Source: Verrucomicrobiales bacterium (GTDB lineage Bacteria; Verrucomicrobiota; Verrucomicrobiia; Verrucomicrobiales; V1-33). From it: a stretch of DNA of 33,567 nucleotides. A model generated the notes under the pieces. It saw only the letters and a list, made by a program, of their open reading frames with translations, made no database searches and was not told the DNA's origin. This document shows, piece by piece, positions 8,146-17,291 of this stretch. Made by a program: the position numbers and the translations under genes. The first letter of the stretch is position 1; each line of letters starts with the position of its first letter. The stretch covers positions 1-33,567 of the forward strand of contig JAQGPD010000285.1 in NCBI GenBank assembly GCA_028293305.1. Reading direction: 5' to 3'.

Positions 8146-8985
8146 ATGAAACGCCGCCGCCTCCTGCTTCCGCTCCTGCTCCTCGCCATCGGCATGGCCT
8201 CCGCCCAACGCTGGGGCCGGCGCGGGGAGATCGGCGACGCGCGCACCGCCCGCGAAGTCCCCTCCGGAAGCACCGGGACGCCCGTCTGGGAATATCCGGA
8301 AGCTTTTAAAACGGACGTCTTCACCTTCACCCGGATCCGTTATGAACGCGGCGGCTGGGGTCGCGGCGGAGGCTGGTCCACGGACCTTCCCGACAGTGAT
8401 CTGAACCTGTCCTGGCGGCTCCAGCAGATGACCAGCATGAAGGTGGATCCGGATGCCCGCATCATCCGGCCCACCGATCCCGAATTGATGGACTATCCAT
8501 TTGTCTATATAGCGGAACCCGGGGCGCTGTCCTTCTCGGAGGAGGAGGTTCTGGCCATGCGGAAGTATTTGGAAAACGGCGGATTTTTGCTTCTCGACGA
8601 TTTCTGGGGCGAGGAGGAATGGGAAAACTGCGAAGCCGTCATCAAGCAGGTCCTGCCTGAAAAAACCTTCGCCGAAATTCCCCTGACACATCCCATTTAC
8701 CGCAGCGTCTTCACCATCAAGGAGAAAGCCCAGGTGCCGAATATCGATCTCGGCGCCGCCAGCGAATATGGCGGCCGCACTGCGGAGCGCGAGGATGCCG
8801 GGGAGGTCCATCACCGCGGCATTTTTGATGACAAGGGCCGCCCCATGGTCATTGCCCTGCATAACACCGACAACGGTGACGGTTGGGAACGTGAAGGGGA
8901 GAGCGCCTATTACTTTAAACAATTCTCCGAACGCACCGCCTATCCGCTAGCGATCAATATCATCTTTTACGTCATGACCCACTGA
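8146..8985 (+). CDS. Secreted DUF4159-like protein (amidotransferase-like fold)
   Basis: 279 aa. Signal peptide (LLLPLLLLAIGMASA). 'YPFVYIAEPGALSFSEEEVLAMRKYLENGGFLLLDDFWG' matches my recollection of the DUF4159 core. Its stop abuts the moxR start. The family assignment is from memory. Confidence 0.6.
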   Translation: MKRRRLLLPLLLLAIGMASAQRWGRRGEIGDARTAREVPSGSTGTPVWEYPEAFKTDVFTFTRIRYERGGWGRGGGWSTDLPDSDLNLSWRLQQMTSMKVDPDARIIRPTDPELMDYPFVYIAEPGALSFSEEEVLAMRKYLENGGFLLLDDFWGEEEWENCEAVIKQVLPEKTFAEIPLTHPIYRSVFTIKEKAQVPNIDLGAASEYGGRTAEREDAGEVHHRGIFDDKGRPMVIALHNTDNGDGWEREGESAYYFKQFSERTAYPLAINIIFYVMTH

Positions 8986-10002
8986 ATGAGCACCCATCCC
9001 CTATCACCCAGCCTGCCCTCGCCCGCGGAGTCCGACCACCAGCTCCTCGAGCGCCTCATGGCCGGCCGCGCCCGCATCAGTGAGGAACTTGGCAAAGCCA
9101 TCGTCGGACAGCACGCCGTGATCGAGCAGATCATGCTGGCGCTCCTGGCGGGCGGACATTGCCTCATCACCGGCGCGCCCGGGTTGGCGAAAACCCTGTT
9201 GGTGAAAAGCATCTCCCGCATTTTCGATCTCCACTTCCAACGCATCCAATTCACCCCCGACCTCATGCCGGCGGACATCACCGGCACGGAGATCCTTCAG
9301 GACTCCGGGCATGGCCGCAGCATGACCTTCGTTCCCGGCCCCATTTTTGCCAACATGGTCCTGGCGGATGAGATCAACCGCACCCCGCCGAAAACCCAGG
9401 CGGCCTTGCTGGAGGCCATGCAGGAACATCAGGTCACGGCCATGGGGGTGCGCCATCCGTTGGCGGAACCCTTCTTTGTCCTGGCCACCCAGAACCCTAT
9501 CGAAATGGAGGGGACCTATCCATTGCCGGAGGCGCAGTTGGACCGCTTCATGTTCAATGTCGTCATGGATTACCTGCCGGAAAATGAGGAGGTGGAAGTG
9601 GTTATGCGGACCACCGGCGGACGGCCGCTGAAAATAGAATCCCTCTTTTCCGGAGCGGACGTGCAGCGTTTCCATCACCTCGTGCAGCAGGTTCCCGTCA
9701 CCACGGAACTGGTCACCCACGCCGTCCGCCTGGCCGCCGCCTCCAGACCGAACCAGCCCGGAACGCCCGGTTTCATCAATGACTGGGTCAGCTGGGGCGC
9801 CGGCACCCGTGCGGGACAATCCCTCATCCTGGGGGCCAAGGCCCGCGCGCTTTTCCATGGCCGCGTGCATGTCAAACTCGAGGACATCCAAGCTCTCGCC
9901 GCCCCTGTTCTCCGTCACCGTGTCCTGCTGAATTACCGCGCTGAAGCCGACGGCGTCAAAATTGATGATGTTATCACTAAGCTCATTGAACATGTGAAAT
10001 GA
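8986..10002 (+). CDS. moxR: MoxR-family AAA+ ATPase
   Basis: 338 aa. Walker A 'GAPGLAKT', Walker B 'VLADEINR', 'LEAMQE..VT', 'FFVLATQNPIEMEGTYPLPEAQLDRF'. This is a canonical MoxR/AAA_3 signature. Confidence 0.93.
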   Translation: MSTHPLSPSLPSPAESDHQLLERLMAGRARISEELGKAIVGQHAVIEQIMLALLAGGHCLITGAPGLAKTLLVKSISRIFDLHFQRIQFTPDLMPADITGTEILQDSGHGRSMTFVPGPIFANMVLADEINRTPPKTQAALLEAMQEHQVTAMGVRHPLAEPFFVLATQNPIEMEGTYPLPEAQLDRFMFNVVMDYLPENEEVEVVMRTTGGRPLKIESLFSGADVQRFHHLVQQVPVTTELVTHAVRLAAASRPNQPGTPGFINDWVSWGAGTRAGQSLILGAKARALFHGRVHVKLEDIQALAAPVLRHRVLLNYRAEADGVKIDDVITKLIEHVK

Positions 10003-10135
10003 AGAAAGGAGCACGGGCGTCCCGCCCGCGTGTTTCAAACTTCTGTCCCTTCCTCAATCTTTCCGACTCAAACAAAACCTTCCTTGAATCTGATCGAAAC
10101 ACACGGGCCAGAGGTCCGTGCTCCCTTCTTTTTTT
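10002..10135 (+). promoter_or_regulatory. Structured intra-operon spacer: imperfect 15-bp inverted repeat closed by a T-run (possible attenuator or processing site)
   Basis: AAGAAAGGAGCACGG (10002-10016) pairs with CCGTGCTCCCTTCTT (10116-10130), 14 of 15 bp. A run of T residues (10129-10135) follows, directly before ATG 10136. Inner hairpin GGGCG-tcc-CGCCC lies at about 10015-10027. Confidence 0.4.
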
Positions 10136-11086
10136 ATGCCGCCCATCCCACCCTCCGACAACGCCACGGCCCCGCCGCCGGCGTCCCGGATTGATACGGC
10201 TGCGCTGATGTCCATTCGCAGTCTGGAGCTGCGTGCCCGGGCGGTGGTGGAGGGTTACCGCGCCGGCCTGCACCGCAGTCCCTGGCATGGGTTTTCCGTC
10301 GAGTTTACCGAATACCGCCAATACACGCCGGGCGATGATCTCCGGCATTTGGACTGGCGCGTTTATGGCCGCAGCGACCGGTATTACATCCGGAAATTCG
10401 AGGACGAAACCAACCTCCGCTGTCATCTCATCGTGGACCAGAGCCACTCCATGGACTTTGGCACGGTGGGATGGACAAAGGCCGCCTATGCCGCCACGCT
10501 CGCCGCCACCCTGGCAAGATTTCTCCACCTCCAGGGCGATGCCGTGGGGCTGCTCAGTTTTGACGATCAGCTGCGCGACTATCTTCCCGCCCGTCAGCGC
10601 GTCGGCCACCTGCGGCAAATCATCATCGCCCTCGACAAGCCGCCCGGCGGCCGGTCCACCGACCTCATCAAACCCCTGCAGCGCACCGCCGAAATCATCC
10701 GCCGCCGTGCCTTGCTGGTGCTCGTTTCCGATTTTCTGACCCCATTGGACGAGTTGGAAAAAAACCTCATCAGCCTGACCGCGACCGGTCATGAAGCGGT
10801 GCTTTTCCAAGTCCTTGATCCCGCTGAAATTTCCTTCGGTTTTTCCAAAGCGTCCGTCTTCGAGGACGCGGAAACCGGGCGTGCCCTCTACATTGATCCG
10901 GCCGTGGCGAGGGAAGGCTATCTGCAAAAATTCCACGCGCACCAGGACGCCCTGGCCGTCATCTGCAACAAGCTGGGCGCCGCCTTCCATCCGGTGTCCA
11001 CCGAGCGGCCGCTGGAATTCGCCCTGACGGATTTTTTCCAGGACCGGCTGCGGCGCGGTCGTCTGGTTAGAAGGGGGGCGCGGTGA
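10136..11086 (+). CDS. DUF58 domain protein (VWA-like, MoxR partner)
   Basis: 'LELRARAVVEGYRAGLHRSPWHGFSVEFTEYRQYTPGDDLRHLDWR' is the hallmark DUF58 N-terminal motif. DxSxS 'DQSHS' at 10436-10450. The start is uncertain: GTG 10118 (inside the hairpin arm), ATG 10136 or ATG 10208. Confidence 0.85.
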   Translation: MPPIPPSDNATAPPPASRIDTAALMSIRSLELRARAVVEGYRAGLHRSPWHGFSVEFTEYRQYTPGDDLRHLDWRVYGRSDRYYIRKFEDETNLRCHLIVDQSHSMDFGTVGWTKAAYAATLAATLARFLHLQGDAVGLLSFDDQLRDYLPARQRVGHLRQIIIALDKPPGGRSTDLIKPLQRTAEIIRRRALLVLVSDFLTPLDELEKNLISLTATGHEAVLFQVLDPAEISFGFSKASVFEDAETGRALYIDPAVAREGYLQKFHAHQDALAVICNKLGAAFHPVSTERPLEFALTDFFQDRLRRGRLVRRGAR

Positions 11087-13218
11087 ACTTTCTGGCCCCC
11101 TTGTTTTTGCTGGGCGCCCTGGCCATCGCGGCACCGGTGATCTTTCATCTGATCCGCCGCACCACGCGGGAAAAAACCAGATTCAGCTCCCTGCTTTTTC
11201 TGAAGCCGGATCCCCCGCGGCCCTCCAGCCGGAGCCGGGTGGAAAATTGGTTATTGCTGCTGCTGCGGGCCGCCGCGCTCGCCTTGCTGGCTTTGGCTTT
11301 TGCCCGCCCGTTTTTTCCCGCCACCCTGCCGGTCGGCGCTGCCTCGGATACCCTTCGGCGCGTGGTGATATTGGTGGATTCCAGCGCCAGCATGCAGCGT
11401 CCGGGCCTAACGGAAGCTGCCCGCGCCAAGGCCGGCGAATGGCTCCGCAACGCGGCTCCGGGTGATCAGGTGGCAGTCTGGACATTTGATAGCGCGGTCC
11501 ACCCGCTCATGGATTTCGGCCAATGGACGGAACTGCCCGGCGGAGTCCGCGCGGAAACCGCCGCCGCCAGACTAGCCGATTCAGTGATCGCGGGTGGCGG
11601 CACCGGTCTTGCCAATGCCCTGACCACCGCCGCCGGTGTCCTGACGGAAATTCCGCCCGGCCGCGCCGCTGCCCCGGGCGGGGAAATCATCGTCATCAGC
11701 GATTTTCAGGAAGGCAGCCGGACCGAGGGTTTGCAGGGGTGGGAATGGCCGCGCGATGTCCGGGTGAAACTTGTTTCCCTAACGTCCGATCCCGTTGGCA
11801 ACGCGGGGCTGCAAATCGCGCCGGAATCCCTGATTTCCCCCGCCGTCGAAGGAAGCGGAAATGCCGTGCCTCCGCCCGCCCGGGTGCGCGTTTGGAATTC
11901 GCCGGACAGCCCGGTGCAGGATTTCCAGGTCGGCTGGGCCGCGCCGGGTGGGATTGATTTTGCCGGAAAATCCATGGACGTCACCGTGCCCGCCGGTCAG
12001 TCGCGGGTCGTGGAGTTGGCCTGGCCAAACGGCCCGGCCGCGGGTGGTGGCGCGATTTTGCTGAAAGGCGATGCCGCCGTTTTTGACAACCTGGTGACCG
12101 TGACCGCGCCGGTGGTGCAGGAGGTGGACGCCTGGTATTTCGGGGACGAGGCCCTGACGGATTCCCGGCGTCCGCTATATTTTCTGCAGCAGGCCCTGCC
12201 ACAAAGTCGTCGGCTGAAAGTCAATCTTCTGCCCGTGCCCCCGACCGCCGCCGTCCCGGTCCTGACACCTTCGCGGCCGGCCGTATTTTTTGTGACGGGC
12301 AATCCCCCGGCGCCTCAGGCGGAGTTTCTAAAATCGCAACTCGCGGCCGGGCGCAGTATTTTGTATTCGCTCACCACACCTGCGCCGGCGCCGGCTCTAG
12401 CCACTTTGTTGGGACGTGAAAAGGTGGACATAGGGGAAGTGAAGCCGGCCTCTTATGCCATGTTTTCGGATATCGATTTCCGCCATCCGCTCTTCGCACC
12501 GTTCGCGGATCCGCTCTACAGCGACTTCACCAAAATCCGCTTCTGGCGGTATTTCAAACTAACACCCGCCCTGCTGGATGGGGCGCGGACCGTCGCGAAA
12601 TTCGACTCCGGGGACCCCGCTGTGTTGGACATTCCCGTGGGGCCGGGGCGTGTCATGCTGTGGGCGGCGGGGTGGCAGCCGACGGATAGCCAACTGGCTT
12701 TGTCCTCCAAATTTGTGCTGCTGCTATCATCTTTCCTGGAATGGAGCGGCACCACCCTGACATCACCCTCGCAATTCCTCGCGGGCCGGCCTGTTCCCCT
12801 GGCCATGCCCGGACTGAATGCCAAAGCGGAGGTTAGGGTCACCGCTCCGGACGGCAGTGTCGGGGCGGTCAGCGGCACGCCTCCCCTTCTTCAGGCCACG
12901 CAGCGGACCGGATTGTATTCCTTCACGGACGGCAGCATCACGGGTTATTTTGCGGTGAATCCCGATCCGGCGGAATCCCGCACGCAGCCCATGGCCGCGG
13001 ATGAATTGGAACGGCTCGGGGTGCCGGTGTGGAGGGAAAAATCCTCCGCCGCGGATCGCGGAGACGGGGCGGGCGGTCTGGCGGGCGTGCAGACGGAAAG
13101 CCGGCAAAAACTTTGGCGATGGATCATCGTCGCGGCGCTCGCCGTATTGTTGATTGAAACCCTGCTTGCCGGTCTGAGCGCCCGGCGGGTGCCCACCCCG
13201 GGAGGAACTGTGTCATGA
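11083..13218 (+). CDS. BatA-type membrane protein (N-terminal double-TM 'aerotolerance' domain plus VWA domain, C-terminal TM)
   Basis: 711 aa. 'FLAPLFLLGALAIAAPVIFHLIRR' BatA_N-type start. MIDAS 'DSSAS' at 11377-11391. C-terminal TM 'WIIVAALAVLLIETLLAG'. GTG start overlaps the DUF58 stop (GTGA, 11083-11086). Confidence 0.8.
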   Translation: MNFLAPLFLLGALAIAAPVIFHLIRRTTREKTRFSSLLFLKPDPPRPSSRSRVENWLLLLLRAAALALLALAFARPFFPATLPVGAASDTLRRVVILVDSSASMQRPGLTEAARAKAGEWLRNAAPGDQVAVWTFDSAVHPLMDFGQWTELPGGVRAETAAARLADSVIAGGGTGLANALTTAAGVLTEIPPGRAAAPGGEIIVISDFQEGSRTEGLQGWEWPRDVRVKLVSLTSDPVGNAGLQIAPESLISPAVEGSGNAVPPPARVRVWNSPDSPVQDFQVGWAAPGGIDFAGKSMDVTVPAGQSRVVELAWPNGPAAGGGAILLKGDAAVFDNLVTVTAPVVQEVDAWYFGDEALTDSRRPLYFLQQALPQSRRLKVNLLPVPPTAAVPVLTPSRPAVFFVTGNPPAPQAEFLKSQLAAGRSILYSLTTPAPAPALATLLGREKVDIGEVKPASYAMFSDIDFRHPLFAPFADPLYSDFTKIRFWRYFKLTPALLDGARTVAKFDSGDPAVLDIPVGPGRVMLWAAGWQPTDSQLALSSKFVLLLSSFLEWSGTTLTSPSQFLAGRPVPLAMPGLNAKAEVRVTAPDGSVGAVSGTPPLLQATQRTGLYSFTDGSITGYFAVNPDPAESRTQPMAADELERLGVPVWREKSSAADRGDGAGGLAGVQTESRQKLWRWIIVAALAVLLIETLLAGLSARRVPTPGGTVS

Positions 13219-16200
13219 TCAATCCCTATCTAAAAGCCCGCCTTCTTCCCGTGTGGCAACGCCGCCGCCGTTGGCTGCTGTTTTCGCGTGCCGCGGGCTG
13301 GTTGGCGTTTTCCGCGCTGACAGGCGCGGCCATGAAGGAGTTTTCCGCCGATGGTTTGGCGGGCCGATCCCTGGGAATCTGGGCGGCGGGGACAGCTGCT
13401 GGACTGGTTATCGTGCTACTTCTGTGGCTTTTCCAAAAGCCGGACTATCAAAAAATCGCCCGGAGGATCGAGTCCCGGCATCCTGGTCTGGAGGGCCGGC
13501 TTTTGACTGCGGTGGAGATTTCCTCCGCGGAGGAACCGGCCTTCATTCAGGAGCGGTTATTGCAGCAAACCATCCAGCACGGCCTGGATCACGACTGGAA
13601 AAATCTTGTCAGGCCCCTGCCCATGGATGCCGTGCAGGCAGTCTCCGTTTTGGCGGCGGGCGCCTGCGTGGCCTTGTTTGTCCTGGCTCCGGACGCGCCT
13701 TCCGTCATGCCTTCCGCACCGGCGCCGGATGTTGTGTTGCTGCCGGATGGCATCGAAATTTTTCCTGGCGACACGGAAGTGGAAAAAGGCAGCGCCTTGC
13801 TCGTGACGGCGCGTTTCACGGAGGCGCTGCCCACCACGGTGGAACTGGTCACTGGCAACACGGCCGGGTCCGAGCAACGGAAATCACTGGTTAGGAATCT
13901 GAATGATCCCTTGTTCGGCGGTTCATTGCCGGAAGTTAAGGAGGACTTCAGATACCGCGTCGATTACGATGGAAAGCGCACCCGTGACTTCTCGGTGAAG
14001 GTTTTTGAATACCCGAAACTGGAGCGTTCCGACATCACTCTAACCTATCCTGCCTGGACCGGGCTTCCGGAAAAACGCACCGAGGACACCCGCCGCGCCA
14101 GTGCCGTCGAGGGCAGTCGGCTGAGGTTGGATCTGCAACTGAACAAGCCCGTGGCCGCCGCCGTGCTCCAGCCCCGCGACAAGTTCGCACCCGCCGTGCC
14201 TCTGACTGTGGAGGCAGGCAAAGCGGTGGCGGTCCTGACGGGTTTCACGCTGGTCTCCTCACAGGTTTACGAACTCATCCTGACCGATGAATCCAAGCGC
14301 ACGAATCAGTCCCCGGAAGTCTTCACGATCGATGTTGTGCCCAATCTTCCTTCCAAAATACAACTGGCCACGCCCCGCGGCGACCAACGCCCGTCCGCTT
14401 TGGAGGAGATGTTATTTTCCGGCACGGTGTCGGATGATTTCGGCGTGCTCGCCTGGGGCCTGTCCTTCACCAAGGGCGGCGGTGCGGAGGTCCTGTTGGA
14501 GTTGGGAAAAGCGGCTGCCGCCGGAGCTCCGGTCGCTTTCTCTCATTTGCTGAAGTTGGAGGAGGAGAAGGTCGAGCCGGATGATTTGTTGTCATGGTAT
14601 GCCTGGGCGGATGACATCGGGCCTGACGGAAAAACGCGGCGCACCCGGAGCGATTTGTTCTTTGGAGAAGTCCGTCCCTTCGAGGAGATTTTCCGTCAGG
14701 GCGAGGCGGCGTCCGGTGGTGAATCCCCGCCGCCCGGCGGCGCGGGTGCGGGAAGTCCCAGCACTAAATTGGCGGAGCTTCAGAAACAAATCATCAACGC
14801 CACCTGGACTCTGCAACGCACCATGGCCCCGCCCTCGGCCGATGTCGGAGTGGTCAGGGATTCCCAGAAGGACGCCTTGAACCAGGCGGTGGAAGCCTCG
14901 GCTGAAGGCGGCACCGACCCCCGGCTTTCCGCGGCATGGGAGGCCGCCAAAACCGCCATGACCACTGCGGTGGGAGAGCTGGAAAGCGTCGTAAAAAATT
15001 CCGCTCCGCTGACCGCCGCCTTGTCCGCCGAGCAGGCGGCCTATCAAGCCCTGCTGTCCCTCCGCGCCCGGGAGACCAGGATTTCCCGGAGCAAAAGCCC
15101 GCCCGGTGCCGGCAGCGCCGCCGAGCAGGCACGTCAGGAGGAACTGGAGCAGATGGAGCTGACCAAGGAGGAAAACCGCTATCAACTCGAGAGCGAGGCC
15201 AAGGCACCGCAGGAGGAGGCGCAGCGCGAGCAACGGCAAGTCCTCAGCCGCCTGCAGGAGTTGGCGCGGCGGCAGGAGGAGGTGAATGAAAAATTGAAGG
15301 AGCTGCAGACCGCTTTGCAGGCCGAAAACACGCCGGAAAAACAGGAGGATCTGCGACGCGAGTTGAAACGTCTGGAGGAGGAGCAACGGCAGATGCTGGC
15401 GGATGTGGATGAGTTGAATCAACGCATGGAAAAGCCGGAAAACCGCGAGGCCCTGGCGCAGGAAAAGAAGGCGCTGGAGGAGGCCCGGAAAAATGTGCAG
15501 GACTCCGCCAAAGCCGCCGCCGAAGGTCAGGTGGGTCAGGCATTGTCCGCGGGAACCCGCGCGCAACGACAGCTTCAGGACATGCGTGAGGAACTCCGGA
15601 AAAAAAGCAGCAGCGCTTTCAATCAGGAGCTCCGCGACCTCCGCTCGGAGGCCCGCGATGTGGCGCGCCGGCAGGAAAAAGTCACCGAACGCATCCAACA
15701 AATCGACCAGCCGAAACAACCCTCCCTCAGCACCGCGCCGGAGCTGGAGACCGCCCAAAAGGAGCTGGCCGATCAACAGGCGCGCACCAACAGCCTGACA
15801 AAGAAGGCGGCGGAGCTGTCCGAGTCCGCGGAGGCTTCGGAGCCTTTGGTTTCGCGCTCGCTTTATGACACCATGCGGAAGTTTTCGCAGGAGGACACGG
15901 CAGGCGTGAAGGAAACCCAGCAAAAGTTGTTGGCGGAGGGGCGCATGACCCGCCAGTTGATGGATGAGCTGAGCGAGTTGCAGCAGCGCAAGGAGGGAGC
16001 GAAAACGCTGGAAATGACCTCCGGATTGTTGGAACAGGATTTGTTGGAGGAAGCCAAATCGGGAGGAAAATCCGCGGCGTCCGGATTGGACGATCTCAAG
16101 TCAGGCATCGAACGCGCCGCGGAAAAAGTGTTGGGCGACGACACCGAAGCCATCAAACGCGCGGACCGGGAACTGGAGCAACTGACCCGCGAACTTGAAA

Positions 16201-17288
16201 AAGAAATCGCCCAGGCCGGAGGCGCTCAAGGGGATCCGTCATTGGATCCTACGCGCAAGAGCCCCGGTGAATCCGCGTCGGACGAAACCACTGAAAATGA
16301 AAGCGGACGCGCGACCGGGACGGAGGAATCGAACAGCAAGCGCGGCGCCGGCACGCCATCGGATGACGCAGAAGCCAAGGACGGAGCGGCGTCGGGTCCG
16401 GAAAAATCCGGCGTTCCGGGCGAGGAGAAAATGCCTGCCGACGCGGCTGACAAGGGGCAGGCTGAAACCTCCCGCGAAGGCCAGGAACCCGTCGAAGCGA
16501 AAGGTCCGGGAGAAGGTGATGATTCGGCCAAATCCAAGGAGCAAGGCGAAGGTGACGCAAAGGGCGAAGGAAAAGGGCAGGGGCCGGAGGCTGGCAACGG
16601 TCAGGAAAAAGGCCAAGGCGAAGGCGAAGGCAAAGGAGAAGGCGAAGCCCAGGCTCCAAGTGAAGGTCAGGGCGACGGAAAAGGTGAGGGCCAAGGACAA
16701 GGGCAAGGGCAAGGGCAAGGACAGGGCCAAGGAAAAGGTGAGGGCCAGGAAAAAGGTGAGGGTGAGGGACAAGGACGGGGTGGCCAAGGAAAAGGCGGGT
16801 CTCCGGATGGCGAGCCGCAGGATTCCGACGCCGATGGTCAACAACCCGGAAAAGGTCAGGGAGGCGGCGAAGGTGGCGGAAGTGGTGGTGATAACAACTC
16901 CCGTGGATCGTCCGGCAGCCGCATGGCGGGCGGGCGTGGCGGCTCCTCCGCGCCTATGACCGGCGATGGTTATGCGCCCTGGTCGGACCGCCTGCGGGAG
17001 GTGGAGGAGATCGTGGATTTTCCGGATTTGAGGGACAGCATCGCCACCGCGCGCGAGCGGGCGCGGCAGATGCGGGTGGAGGTGAAGCGTGATTTGAAAA
17101 AACCGGACTGGGCGGTGGTTCGGGCGGAGGTGATGACGCCGCTGGTGGAAGTCCGGCAGCGGTTGAAGGAGGAATTGGCCCGGCGGAACTCCAAGGAATC
17201 CCTGGTGCCGATCGACCGGGATCCCGTGCCGGGACGTTATACGGAGTCGGTGCGCCGCTATTATGAGCAACTGGGGAAGGAGCCCTAA
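13215..17288 (+). CDS. Giant (1357 aa) membrane-anchored coiled-coil/low-complexity protein (DUF4175-like?)
   Basis: ATGA overlap with the upstream gene. Two or three N-terminal TM helices. A ~400-aa E/Q/K/R-rich heptad-like region. A G/E/Q/K low-complexity block. Conserved-looking C-terminus '...PVPGRYTESVRRYYEQLG'. Coding-like GC3 throughout. The family name is a recollection only. Confidence 0.8.
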   Translation: MINPYLKARLLPVWQRRRRWLLFSRAAGWLAFSALTGAAMKEFSADGLAGRSLGIWAAGTAAGLVIVLLLWLFQKPDYQKIARRIESRHPGLEGRLLTAVEISSAEEPAFIQERLLQQTIQHGLDHDWKNLVRPLPMDAVQAVSVLAAGACVALFVLAPDAPSVMPSAPAPDVVLLPDGIEIFPGDTEVEKGSALLVTARFTEALPTTVELVTGNTAGSEQRKSLVRNLNDPLFGGSLPEVKEDFRYRVDYDGKRTRDFSVKVFEYPKLERSDITLTYPAWTGLPEKRTEDTRRASAVEGSRLRLDLQLNKPVAAAVLQPRDKFAPAVPLTVEAGKAVAVLTGFTLVSSQVYELILTDESKRTNQSPEVFTIDVVPNLPSKIQLATPRGDQRPSALEEMLFSGTVSDDFGVLAWGLSFTKGGGAEVLLELGKAAAAGAPVAFSHLLKLEEEKVEPDDLLSWYAWADDIGPDGKTRRTRSDLFFGEVRPFEEIFRQGEAASGGESPPPGGAGAGSPSTKLAELQKQIINATWTLQRTMAPPSADVGVVRDSQKDALNQAVEASAEGGTDPRLSAAWEAAKTAMTTAVGELESVVKNSAPLTAALSAEQAAYQALLSLRARETRISRSKSPPGAGSAAEQARQEELEQMELTKEENRYQLESEAKAPQEEAQREQRQVLSRLQELARRQEEVNEKLKELQTALQAENTPEKQEDLRRELKRLEEEQRQMLADVDELNQRMEKPENREALAQEKKALEEARKNVQDSAKAAAEGQVGQALSAGTRAQRQLQDMREELRKKSSSAFNQELRDLRSEARDVARRQEKVTERIQQIDQPKQPSLSTAPELETAQKELADQQARTNSLTKKAAELSESAEASEPLVSRSLYDTMRKFSQEDTAGVKETQQKLLAEGRMTRQLMDELSELQQRKEGAKTLEMTSGLLEQDLLEEAKSGGKSAASGLDDLKSGIERAAEKVLGDDTEAIKRADRELEQLTRELEKEIAQAGGAQGDPSLDPTRKSPGESASDETTENESGRATGTEESNSKRGAGTPSDDAEAKDGAASGPEKSGVPGEEKMPADAADKGQAETSREGQEPVEAKGPGEGDDSAKSKEQGEGDAKGEGKGQGPEAGNGQEKGQGEGEGKGEGEAQAPSEGQGDGKGEGQGQGQGQGQGQGQGKGEGQEKGEGEGQGRGGQGKGGSPDGEPQDSDADGQQPGKGQGGGEGGGSGGDNNSRGSSGSRMAGGRGGSSAPMTGDGYAPWSDRLREVEEIVDFPDLRDSIATARERARQMRVEVKRDLKKPDWAVVRAEVMTPLVEVRQRLKEELARRNSKESLVPIDRDPVPGRYTESVRRYYEQLGKEP
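16545..16800 (+). repeat. In-frame Gly/Glu/Gln/Lys low-complexity block including a (GGN-CAR)7 = (GQ)7 microsatellite at 16689-16730
   Basis: Read directly: GEGDAKGEGKGQG...GEGQGQGQGQGQGQGKGEGQEKGEGEGQGRGGQGKGG; ggccaaggacaagggcaagggcaagggcaaggacagggccaa. Confidence 0.85.
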
Positions 17289-17291
17289 CTG

